Below, in pieces: positions 53,170 to 64,000 of a stretch of DNA of 64,000 bases. Position 1 is the stretch's first letter. Each line of letters starts with the position of its first letter. Source of the stretch: Lytechinus pictus (lineage: Eukaryota); the NCBI RefSeq assembly GCF_037042905.1, contig NC_087245.1, positions 28,956,001-29,020,000 of the forward strand. Reading direction: 5' to 3'. Position numbers and translations under genes: made by a program. The notes below the pieces were generated by a model. The model was given only the letters and a program-made list of their open reading frames with translations, ran no database searches and was not told where the DNA came from.

Positions 53170-53710
53170 GGCAAATTGACTAAATCCATTGTGTCAAGAA
53201 TGTCATGGGATGACGATGATCTCCAAGGGGCCATACAGATTTTCAAACAACAATGTGAGCTATACTTTCCCGTTGAGAATGTTTGAGAGGAGAAGATGGT
53301 TGACCATATCCTTCTCTTCATGGGAACACAAGGTCTTCGGATGTACAACTCTTGGGGGCTGTTGCCTGCAGAAAAGAAAAGCGCAGCTGTTTGGGACAAA
53401 TTTGAGAGCTTATTCAAACCAAATTCAAATTTTGGGGTTGCCAGACTATACCTCAACAAATATCACCAGGAGACAGGAACGGCTGATGGTTTTAAGTCAC
53501 AGCTCAAGGTGCACGCACAGACATGTCAGTTTCGAGACGATAGGGAATTCTCAGACAGAGTTATAGAACAATTTATCGCTAACACGCACCAGCTGACAAT
53601 GCAACAGTGCCTGAACTATGCACGTACGCATGAAGCTTCAATCTCTCCCGTGCAGCAACTTGCTGGTGCATGTACACCATCCACAGCAGTAGACGCCATC
53701 CAGCAGAGGT
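53170..53710 (+). mobile_element. Ty3/Gypsy gag fragment
   Basis: RMSWDDDDLQGAIQIFKQQCELYF..KMVDHILLFMGTQGLRMYNSW..VWDKFESLFKPNSNFGVARL..AQTCQF..DRVIEQ..CLNYARTHEAS. Confidence 0.8.
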
Positions 53711-54603
53711 TGTGTCTGAATATATTGTGCCAACACATATTCTGTCAGTGGCTGAGGTGCAAAACTTTCCACAAGATGGACGAGATTCTGTCAGAGGTAT
53801 TGTGGCAAATGTAAGTTGAATACAATTGTACATTGTTGTAAATGTGAGATATGTTATGGTTGTACATGTACCAGTTAAAATGAATAATAATGAAATGAGA
53901 TACCTCAAATCGGAAAAAAAAACTGTTTGGCAAAAACTATGTGAGAGTAAAAATACAGTTTAAAGAAGAATGTTATTAAGAGGTTTAAAAAAAAATAATA
54001 ATAAGTTTGAAGTTTTTGAGTTTAGGTACAAGAGATTTTGTACCGACATATATTCTCATTACACCTGGCGAATTGTATGAGAATAAAGTAAACCCGTTTG
54101 GGACGAAAAGTGGGTCTGCTACATTCTAGAGGATCAACAACTCAGTTACTAACAACCTGATGGGATGCGATGCTATCGTGATGGCATGATGGTACACAGT
54201 GATACATGGGATGATCACGTTAAACAAATCAATTCTGCCTGATTGTCTCTTTAATGTCAATCTGACAGCAAACTTGAAAAGGCACAGGTGTCTTAAGGAT
54301 TTCATTGACAAAGTTTCTAATATTGCCTCTAAAATTGTCATCTGTTTGTTCCTGATACTGCGGTACCTTGGAGTGCTTGGATTGTATTATGGGAAAATCC
54401 TAAAATCCCAATGAAAATTACACTGATTTTGACAAGTACCTACTACCTAGCAGGTATTTTCCCCTATTCATAAAGTCTTGCAACTCATATCTTTGCCATT
54501 ATATCAACTACCACAGTAACAGGGATACAGTATCAAGCTGCAATCAAGGTTTCCATGGTAGTTACAAAAATGGCAAAGTGACATCTTTGTTGAATAGGGC
54601 CCC

Positions 54604-55772
54604 TGGTGGGTGTTTCATAAAGCTGTTCGTATAAAGTTAAGAGCAACTTTAAGAACGACTGGTGATCCTTTCTTGTGGAAAATGGTATATTCATTGGCGA
54701 TGGTTAAGCGCATAAGAAAGGTTTACCAGTCATTCTTAAAGTCGCTCTTAACTTACAAATCTTCTCCTTTTCTCTATTATGTGTACATTTTTATGCAATT
54801 TACAGATAAAAAGTATTCTTTTTGGAGTATTTCCCAGTATTTAACATTTTTGTCCAAATTAGCAAGGTGGTATTTGCCGGTAAATACCAGTATTTACCAC
54901 CCGATATTTCCTGCCACGTTGTTTACCGGCAATCCCTGGTAATTTGACAGTTTTTATTACATCAGCAAGCAGGTAGTCTAGAATGTGATATTTTTATCAA
55001 ATTAAAGAAAAAGCCACAGGAAGTGTTAACTGCTGTGTGTCCATTCATTTGAATCAAGATCAAGTAGGAAATTGTAAACCATGTCATGATTCTTGAGACT
55101 GTTTTCTATATTATTCCTATAAATGCAGCTACGTCATGGAAATAAGGAAGAAATATCTCCCCTAAACCTCAAGAGCTAGGCTCCATGCCATTCAAGAGTT
55201 TGCAGAGTGGTACCTGGATGACAAAATGGCAGCAAAGGAACTTAAAATAAAGAAAAGTGCAGTAAAGAGAATGTGCCGCCTTGCAAAGAAGCATGGATTA
55301 TCCCTGGCACCTGCAATAATGTCCCGTGAGGCAGATCGAAGGGACGAGATTGAAGGTAATATATTGCTAGACATTCTGTGGCAATGGTGTATTGTACAAG
55401 TTTGGATGGGACAGTTTCAAGAAAAAATAATTGTAGATTCTAGTAGTGAACAGAATGACCCACGTACTTGCGGGTGGGACGTGGATATTTGTTTTCCTTC
55501 GTCATCGGCTTTGAACACGAAAAAAATACATTCTTCGGAGTGCTAGCTCTGTATGATATCCAAGCAGCGTCCCTCCCGCGGCGGGATGGCGATCGTCCAA
55601 ACCGCGGCGGCCCGCGAAAATGTATATTTTTTTCCTTTACACTTTTTAAGAGGAAAAAATTACATCCTTCAAACGTCCCGCCCGCAATACGTCGACCCGC
55701 CACGTCGGGACGGAAAAAATAATAAGTTTGCGATCCCTTAACTTACAAAGAGCTTTATGAAACGGCCCCCTG
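54604..55772. mobile_element. Harbinger-type MITE (GGGTGTTTCATAAAGCT..AGCTTTATGAAAC) split by about 1 kb of foreign sequence; relatives at about 3210-3372 and 60660-60890
   Basis: CTTAACTTACAAA is repeated on both sides of the intervening sequence. Confidence 0.55.
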
Positions 55773-56675
55773 GTCTTTTCTGATCGGAGTAGGTCAGGGT
55801 AAATTTCTTGATCAAGGAATACCTGGAATTCTTGGTTTTAGAATCAGTCTGAATACACCTATATTGCTATTTGGGTCATCTTGGTCAGACAAACAAATCC
55901 AGTATGATTCTTCATAACAAACTACCATGCTCATTATGATCAAAATAACATGAAATGCAGTTTTACCTACAGCTCAAAATAAAAATAATGACATGTCACA
56001 AAAAATATATTGCAATCTAACTGAATTATTGAAACTGATGGGTTGACAGGTAACTTGCCTGAGGAGTTATGCCTCAAGTATTAGAAAAACAAATTTGCAT
56101 GATTCCCTAACTTTATATATTGAAATAACCTTGGGCACCTTGTCAAATTTTAAAGCCATGTCTTTCCGACGGTAATCCCGCAAAAAGCTTTTCATTACAA
56201 TGCATCATGGTCATTATCAACAAAACAATGGGGACTGCAGGAAAGCTGTAATAAAAAGATGCATAGCACCCTCACTGCAGGAATCCTGCTTAAAGACATG
56301 GCACAGATTTTTTGACAAGTTGCCTAACTGTCATGCAACAGTTAAGAAGCAGCTTTTTCCTTGCTCACCTGTGAGGTGTATCACAAAGATTAAGTGTGAC
56401 TTAAAGTCATACTCCATGCCTTTGCGGCCATTTTCAACTCGCAATATGCAGTACTGCACATCCTCTGAGAAGGATTTGACCAATGCGGGGATGTGTTTTA
56501 TACAGCACGCAGTTTTATGAACACAGGCCTGGTTTCTGATAGCCACCAACAAGAGTTAAAGGCCATTATGAGGTTGCTATATTGTTTGTTGAAAGAGACA
56601 TTGGTATAGTCTTCACTTGTGCTATTTCCAGCAGACATATTTTGACAATGGAATGGTGTTTCATAATGCTGTCCA

Positions 56676-56950
56676 GGGCCCCGTCTTTAATACAAAGAGT
56701 TAAGATTGATCCGATCAGTCGAAAGTTTCTGGAAATCCATCATTGTCATATTTTTTTCTTTAGGAAATATGCACAATGTCCTTTGAAACCAAAAAGAAGC
56801 ATTCTGAATAGTCAAGAAAACAGTGAATGTATGAATGTACATCATATCCAGAAAATATTTTGAACATTCGGTATTTTTTACGTTGACGTTGCTGGCCTTC
56901 CATAGTTGTGTTTGATTGGATCAATTGTAAATCTTTTTAAGAAAGGGCCC
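56676..56950. mobile_element. MITE with GGGCCC termini
   Basis: Imperfect TIR GGGCCC..CTT..A.AAAGA.TTA..ATTGATCC. Confidence 0.5.
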
Positions 56951-57844
56951 AGAAGTTCAATACTTTACACACTACTGGTGACCTGTTCTTGCATTACATG
57001 AATACCCCCAATATATTCCCCTATTTGAACATATGGGAGTGAATTCAATTTAATCAAATTTTAAGACATTATCAATTATGAATTCAGAGATGCCTGTGAA
57101 CAAGAAATTCAAATTCAAAATTGGACACCCAAGATCAGACCATCAGTCATATGCACAGGGTTGTGCGTATCTTACAAACAGCTCTATGATGCACCATGCA
57201 GATCTGAAGCCTCTTAAGTGATGACCTACATGTTTTCATATGACACTTCAAACCTTACTTTATTCTCCTCTGTTGATGAAGACAAACAAATGTATCTCCA
57301 TGTCAGCACCCTCCTCCAAATCAGAACCAGACAGGAAACTTTGCAGGTCAGTCAGTCAGTCAGGATACGATGTGAAAAGAAACTTCAGTCATGAAGCTTG
57401 ATGTATTTCAACAGGAAATTGACGCCACTTTGCTTGAAGCTTACCAGGATCCCCTGCTGAAGCGATGAAACTGCACAGCTACCTCAAGGGTACTTGAAGA
57501 ACCAAGCATTTGAGGGATGCAAACAGCCACTAAATGCTCTTAATCTCAGAGTCTAGGTGAAGAACCTGGGTTTGATACTCCAAGCTAGGAATACTCCTCT
57601 AGGAAGACCTAACGCTCAAGTCCCTCAAGTTGCTTTCAGGTAGTAGCACTCCTCTTGAAAGAATCTACATGTAGCACCAAAGACACTCCGGGGGCTATGT
57701 TGTGGCAAGGAAACCAAGCAGGCACCACCTACAGCAAATTGTCTTTCTCTTCAATCTATCAAGTTGCTAGATTGAGGTGAGGTACCTGGGTTGCCACTTC
57801 CAGCTAGTAGCACTCTTCTTGAAGGAACCTAGCACTTGATTCCC

Positions 57845-57994
57845 TCAAGTAGCTATGTTGAGGCGAGGAACTGGCTGGGCTTTTGCCGTGTCCAGCTTCT
57901 GGTACTCCTCAATGAGGGAAGACAGAGACTCCAGACTCTCCTTGAATTCCCCTGTATCCATACCTTCTACACTAGTGTAGTGATGTATGTGTGC
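57845..57994 (-). CDS. TUBE1: Tubulin epsilon chain, last coding exon
   Basis: AHIHHYTSVEGMDTGEFKESLESLSSLIEEYQKLDTAKAQPVPRLNIAT*; AG acceptor, phase 0. Confidence 0.93.
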   Translation of the reverse strand, partial: AHIHHYTSVEGMDTGEFKESLESLSSLIEEYQKLDTAKAQPVPRLNIAT

Positions 57995-58037
57995 CTAAAA
58001 AAAAAAAGAATTGAAAAAAAGGAATGATGAGAATAAA

Positions 58038-58456
58038 CAGGATGCTACATTACTTTTTAGATGCACTTGCCCTATTGGGCAAGTAAATTTTTAAATAGTT
58101 GGAATATACTTGCCCGAAAATCTATTTCACTTGCCCGAAAAAATCCTTGAAAAAAAGTTTTACTTCTTCAAAATAAATATTATGGTTTTAGAAACCATTG
58201 ACAATTTTTTTTCTCTCTTTTGACATGAGCTGATGTACCTTGTTCTTGCATTTCTTTTTACAAAGTGATTTTATCTTGCCTGCCATGACCAAATTTAGGG
58301 TCAGTATATCATATCGACCCTAATTTTGGTAATTCTATTGTGAGAATTTTGCTTGCCCGATTCGGGCAAGTAGTTTTGGTCTTTACTTCAAAACACTTGC
58401 CCGACTATAACTTTTACTTGCCCCGGGCAATTGGGCAAGTGCTTATGTAGCACCCT
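58038..58456. mobile_element. hAT-type MITE in a TUBE1 intron
   Basis: CAGGATGCTACAT..ATGTAGCACCCT; 8-bp AGAATAAA on both sides; repeated CTTGCCC subterminal motifs. Confidence 0.75.
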
Positions 58457-59154
58457 AGAATAAATTAGCGTTTTTTTTTTAATTGCATGCACCGGAGTAA
58501 AATCTCATGAATGAACAGAACGCTAGAACCTTAACCCTTGTGTTATTTTAGTAATTTTGCCTAGATTAACTGTTTACTAAGCCTAATTTGTTTACCCTGA
58601 CAACCAATCACAGCTTGTCATTTAAGCGTCCATTGACTTTTTGAGTTCTATTATTGTTTCTTTCACACATTATATTCATTCATGCGATTTTACTCCGATG
58701 AGTGCATGTCGAATAGCTTCGGTATGTCTGTTTTTAATGATACTGTAAGAATGGAAAAATCTTATCTTAACAGACTACCCCATAGAAGGGATTATGCTTG
58801 GAATTCATCATAATCAGGAATGACTGCAACAGGTCTTCATAGTGATAGAAGCAACAATTACTCACAGAACTTAATAGATGTGGGACTAGAAGGAAATATG
58901 GTATTACATAATTATACAATGATGAACACCCAACCCCCTATATGTTGGATTTTCCTGAAATAATTGGTCTCTCTGTAGTAGTTTATATGAAAAGCTGTAA
59001 TGATCGTAAATTATAATGAATAATAATTCAGGATGCGAAGTAATGATGAAGATAAATGTACAAAATGTTGATTGCTTTATAAAGAGCAATAATAGTTAAA
59101 ACATTGTTAATATCAAACATAACCATCAACAAATTGACAGCAATTTATAAGCAC

Positions 59155-59329
59155 CTTCCTTTTGTAGAGTCTGCTGAATCTATCTCGTAGATCAGAGAAG
59201 TTTGTCTTGAGACAAGTGTTATTGGCCATGGTGAGAAGGGAATAGGGGTGACCCACGGGAGGCACAGAACACAGACCAGTCTTCCAGCCATCCGTGTTCC
59301 AGTGAATGAAATTCAGCGATGGTCGTAAC
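59155..59329 (-). CDS. TUBE1: Tubulin epsilon chain, internal exon
   Basis: LRPSLNFIHWNTDGWKTGLCSVPPVGHPYSLLTMANNTCLKTNFSDLRDRFSRLYKRK; AG/GT bounded. Confidence 0.95.
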
Positions 59330-59848
59330 CTGAACAAGATATAAATTAGACAGGGGGAAAAACTACTATCAAACTTTTTGGACCTACTTGTGAGTTCACA
59401 AGCCAAATGTATTATAGTTAACATTGCAACCAGTAAGAATTTCAGGGGCTTTTTTTTTTTTTAGTTTTCCAGGCTTTTTTTTGGGGGGGGGGAGTGGGGG
59501 CGGGGAACTAGCCAAGCCCCCATGTATTTTATCACCTAAATTGCACACAGAATATTACTGAAACAATTTATTTACATGAAAAACTGCATTAATATGTTTT
59601 GTTTGTTTGGTATTTACATCAGGTATCTTTTTCTTTGTCAAATAAGCTTTACACAAGATGAATATTTTTTTTCCAAACATTTATTTTAATTACTGAATAT
59701 TTTTACCGGTATTTCTAGTTATACTTGAGTGATAATGATACATTTCTTAATCATTTTTTTTTAAGTTCTTTATCTTTTGTAAATAAATAAAGTGTACTAT
59801 TTTTCCTTGAACTGTTCAGTGTTGGCATAAATTGACTAAGGACTCTAC

Positions 59849-59989
59849 CTGTCAATATTACGGCGTATGTCGGAAACCTGTACATTTCCGCGACACATGA
59901 GGGCACATGCTAAGTACATACTGTTCTTTGGATCAGCTTTCAGCAGTTGATTCTCACGGCTAAATGCATCAGTAAACATCTGGTCTAAT
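59849..59989 (-). CDS. TUBE1: Tubulin epsilon chain, internal exon
   Basis: LDQMFTDAFSRENQLLKADPKNSMYLACALMCRGNVQVSDIRRNIDR; AG/GT bounded, phase 2 at both ends. Confidence 0.95.
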
Positions 59990-60912
59990 CTGTAACATAC
60001 AATCAAATTGGCAACAATAAACATCATACAACTATTTACAGTAGGATACCATGCATTTTGGATTTTCTTTGAAATGTAATAACTAAGTTGATATATACAT
60101 GTATGTAAATGTAACAGATCGATACTAAAGATGTTTTCACAACTTACTTCTGAATTTTGCCACACTTAGTATCCTTATGAAAAAATTGCTCCAAACTAAT
60201 TGCATGACACAATACTAATAGATCATAACATTAACTTGATACTTTCTATTAAATAGTCATTTTGAAACAGGTTCCTAGGGGGTGTTTCACGTTTCCATGA
60301 CAATTGCTCCCACTGAAAATCCGCCCATTAAGCCAAACATTAAACTCAAAATTCAATTCTAGTTTTAACCTTAATCCTAATTTTTATCTCATTCAGAACA
60401 AAAATCCTTATTACAATCCTAATCTTCGCATAGAAGCAATATTCTCACACTAAAAGAAATTAACTTTAATAGCAGAAAATAGCTAAGGACCTTTGCTCCT
60501 ACTGAAAATCCACACAGATATCCAAACATAAACCCAAATGTAATCCTAATTTTAAAACTAACCCTAATTCTTACCTCATTCTGAACCAAAAACTATATCA
60601 CAATCCTCACCTTCACATTATTCTTTTCAGAGAAATTCGCTTAAGAGCAATTGTCTCTTCATCATTTCATAAAGCTATTCACAAGTTACAAACGACAATA
60701 CATGAACACATGACTGGTGGTGCCTCTTGTGCTCTATGTACATGAATGAGAAAATGATTAGCACCCCAAAACAGTATTATCAGTCGTTCATAAAGCTTTT
60801 CGTAATGTAAATAAATGAGAAACTGATCACCACCATAAAGTTATCTTCATTCGTTCTTAAAGCTATTTGTAACTTGTGCTTTATGAAACATGTCCTTGAA
60901 CCTACGACTCAC

Positions 60913-61053
60913 CTTCTTGCAGGTATCCTAAGGCTATTTGATGTATAGAGAGGTGTCTGGCTCGTGACCAGGTAGTGCAGGCGTGGGAAGGGAACCAAGT
61001 TTGTACTGATCTCATTAAGATCCACATTCAGAGATCCTTCAAATCTGGAAGAA
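60913..61053 (-). CDS. TUBE1: Tubulin epsilon chain, internal exon; earlier exons are presumably beyond the window
   Basis: SSRFEGSLNVDLNEISTNLVPFPRLHYLVTSQTPLYTSNSLRIPARR; donor AG|GTGAGT. Confidence 0.95.
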
Positions 61054-61672
61054 CTGAAGTAACAAGAAACAGGAAAAGATAAAGCGTTGTATTAATTCTG
61101 CAATACTTGATAATTCCAGGTGACTCTGTCCAACCTAGGCGAAATTTGACTTCTAAGTTGTTATTGATACGTTTTATATATTCTGTTCTTAAATAATGTG
61201 AATCTAAGTCGAATCTCTTTGGACCACAGAAATCTGTCCAACTTGGGCGAAATTCGACTTCGAAGATGTTATTAATAGGTTTTTGCTTATTCAGGTCCTA
61301 AATAATGCTTCAAGTTAGGTGATTATAAATATTGCAGCCTTATAATACGAGGAGCCAAGGCTGGTTCCTGGCTAGTGGTATTAATTCTGTTATAAAAAGC
61401 AGTTTAAAACAACACAACAGTGGATTGCCCACATCAGCTTGACTGACAACTAGTCTCCTGTAAATTCAAAGTGTATAAATTGCTCCTTAACAGTGACTTT
61501 TGTTCTTGTCCTTAACATTCTAAAGACACAGGATGAGGGCAGCGGAAGACCAGGGAAGGAAGGGGGAAGCGGGTAGCTGGGCATCTTTTTCCTTGTATCC
61601 ATTATGACCCTTTTCCCCAACGCTAAGGAAACATTGCTATATAAACCTGTCATGGCAGCCTGAGAAACCACA

Positions 61673-62535
61673 GTGAAAGAATCAGTAATAGAATACTTGA
61701 CACAGCGCGTCTATACCTCGATCTTACTAGACATTGAGACGTATACGAAGGATATAGATGCACTTTCTGAACAACTAAAAGAAGTTAAGAAGAGGTGTGA
61801 GTATTTTACTAGAGAGATCGATAGCCAGGAGCAATATAGTAGAAGGAATAGTCTACGTTTCTACAGAACCAGGGAAAAGCCAAGTGAGAACACAGATGAT
61901 TTGATAATGAAGACAGTCAAAGATGACCTACGAATCAAGTCGACCCAATGATTTGAGCATGAAGACAGTCAAAGATGAACTAGAAATCGAGTTGACCCAA
62001 TGATTTCATCATGAAGACAGTCAAAGATTAACTAAGAATCGAGTTGAAACCAACAGATATTGATAGAATTTTTTTTAATCATATGGTAATCTATTATTTT
62101 CAATGACCATATAGTATATCATTAGTCGAGAATATTTAATTTATGTATATGTGAAGCGCATTGAGACTTTGTGTATTATGCCCTATAGAAATGTAATTTT
62201 ATTATTATTATTATAGAAGCCACAGAATTAGTAGAAAAAAATACCAGCAACAAAAAGGAGAGGGTAGCTCCAAACCAAGAGGCATCGTAATGACATTTTT
62301 GGGGTACATTGTTAGACAACAAATATCAAATGCCACAACAAAGCTCAGGGAAGCCCCTTTACATCATGGAATCACTGACTGCTATCAAACAGAGTCTCAT
62401 GTACCGTGCCCAGCAAAACAGAAATGTCCTGAGGACATACTCTCAAGATGGAAAAATAACTGCATTGACTAAACAGATGAAGAGAGTGCGCATCTTCAGG
62501 GAGAGTAATCTAGAGAAACTAGAGGAAGGAGGAGA
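61673..62535 (+). mobile_element. CR1/L2-type LINE ORF1 remnant in a TUBE1 intron, with an internal triplication and an inserted LINE 3' tail (about 62068-62218)
   Basis: DSQEQYSRRNSLRFY..ENTDDLIM..DIDR/SHRI..PRGIVMTF..LYIMESLT..YSQDGKI; the insert ends in (TTA)n and is flanked by ATAGAA. Confidence 0.75.
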
Positions 62536-62545
62536 TGTACATGTA

Positions 62546-63961
62546 CACTCCCCTCCAAAAGTTTGGGAACACCTGCCTTCAGTGTGTGTTTTTCGAACTT
62601 TGGTAGACTTTACTGAAGTTAAGCCTCATAGTACAGCTGTATTTTTGTTTTAAAGTGAAGGCTATACACAAGTGTACATTTTATCATTGATTCAAACAAA
62701 TTCAAAGCTCTTAAGGGACGTGCAGCTGCCAAAGAGGGCAGGCTACCAGTCAAGATGGCATTCTCTAAAAAATGCCTACTTCTTTTAACATTGTTCTGTT
62801 TGGGGTTCTTTTCTGAAATTCTTCCCAATATTTTGTGAATGTTACAGCAGATGTCCTCAGAATTTGTTGCTCAGTATTGTTCATAAGACAGTTAATTTAT
62901 GGAAATCTGCATCTTTATCCTGGAAAACATCTGAACTTGACAAATGCCTAATCCTTGTTTAAAGAAAATACATGGAAGTGGAGTAGACATCAGTGCAATT
63001 TGAAATTCATGAATTCAAAAGTTATTCAGAGTTTTTTTACACTTATTCCAGTGCACCTTCACTCATTTTGCCTAATCGGTTTTCTTAGTCAGAAGTCAGT
63101 CACAAAATTAAAATGGCTATGACAAGACAGCTTTCTTTGGAAACACGTCAGTCAATTGTAGTTTTGAGGAAAGAAGGCTACTCCATGCAAGAAATAGCCA
63201 GGAAACTCAAGATCAGTATCCATGCGGTTCACTACAGCCTGAAACGCAAAGAAGCCACTGGGTCTAATGAGAACAGGAGACGAAGTGGTAGGCCAAAAAC
63301 AACATCTCCTGCTGAAGATAAATACATTCGGGTGAGCAGTCTGCGCAACCGTTGTCTGACTTGCCCACAAATTACAGCTGGCCTCAACAACACCCGTGAG
63401 ATGCCTGTATGTTCTTCAACTGTTAGAAGACGTCTCTGTGGAGCAGGGCTGATGGGCTGTGTGGCTTCAAGGAAACCACTCCTCAAAGAAAAGAACCGGA
63501 AGAAAAGGCTTGCTTGGGCTAGGAAGCATAAAGACTGGTCTTTGGAGCAGTGGCAGAAGGTTCTTTGGTCTGACGAATCAAAGTTCGAGGTGTTTGGCAG
63601 CAAGCAACGTACCTATGTGAGACGGCGAAAGGGAAAGAAGATGCTACCCCAGTGCATCAAGCCAACTGTGAAACATGGTGGTGGTAATGTCATGGTTTGG
63701 GGTTGCTTTGGTGCAGGAAAGGTAGGCAGCTTGCACAGAGTAGAGGGTATCCTCAACCAGCACGGCTATCATTCAATCCTACAGCGGAAGGCCATCCCTT
63801 CAGGGAAACGCCTGATTGGAGAAGGATTCGTTTTCCAGCAGGACAATGACCCAAAACACATGTCAAGACTATGCAAAGACTACTTGAAGAAAAAGGAAGA
63901 GAAGCAAGTCCTGGAAATCATGGATTGGCCACCCTAGTCCCCAGATCTCAATCCCATCGAG
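62546..63961 (+). mobile_element. Tc1-related transposon, DD38E/Intruder type: left TIR and transposase, interrupted after the catalytic E
   Basis: TA|CACTCCCCTCCAAAAGTTTGGGAACAC terminus followed by the transposase ORF. Confidence 0.85.
63113..63961 (+). pseudogene. DD38E transposase with a TAG at 63935-63937
   Basis: Paired-like HTH, GRP, WSDESKF, TVKHGGGNVMVWGCF, FQQDNDPKH, WPP*SPDLNPIE; 38 residues between the second D and the E. Confidence 0.9.
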
Positions 63962-64000
63962 TTTTCCATCGAATTTTCCATATCAGTGAAACACTGAGTA

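Larger units (their letters stand above)
38245..53252 (+). repeat. Six-unit tandem array (1.56-1.87 kb units) of a dead pogo/CENP-B-like DDE_1 transposase fragment plus Gypsy gag 5' end
   Basis: Unit marker ATTAATTCAC at 38269, 39991, 41800, 48092, 49965 and 51541; motifs RIFNADESGFPL, VTVLVTACAEGSILPPM, NSWMDS, LLLVDG, PPNATHIL*PCDVSVLRPLKSSW, SGFRAAGIF. Confidence 0.92.

Noticed and set aside
38245..53252. CRISPR-like array or functional tandem gene family
   Set aside because: Units are kilobase-long near-identical copies with no unique spacers, and all share inactivating stops
55192..55741. Cluster of short ORFs in a CpG-rich patch
   Set aside because: Looks like subterminal repeats of a transposon end (..GCGATCCC-TTAA); no protein similarity recognised

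Overview
AT-rich, intron-containing animal genomic DNA; the repeat families look echinoderm/sea-urchin-like (inference). The only clear host gene is epsilon-tubulin (TUBE1), whose last four coding exons lie on the minus strand at 57845-61053. The first 22 kb holds MITEs, a decayed LINE RT, an RFX X-box next to a possible minus-strand first exon, and a 4.8-kb higher-order (CAT)n repeat. Between about 22.9 and 53.7 kb, just downstream of TUBE1, is a dense mosaic of dead coding fragments from at least 11 transposon types: Harbinger, GCM-like, two L1-type, a RAG1-N/P-element chimera, hAT, DIRS, DUF6589/Academ, Kolobok KolX, pogo and Gypsy gag. Every fragment I could recognise there is on the plus strand, so antisense to TUBE1-direction transcription. 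The mosaic includes a six-unit tandem amplification of a pogo-gag chimera. My main hypothesis is a flamenco-like uni-strand piRNA cluster or transposon trap. All family assignments come from motif recognition by eye, not from database searches.
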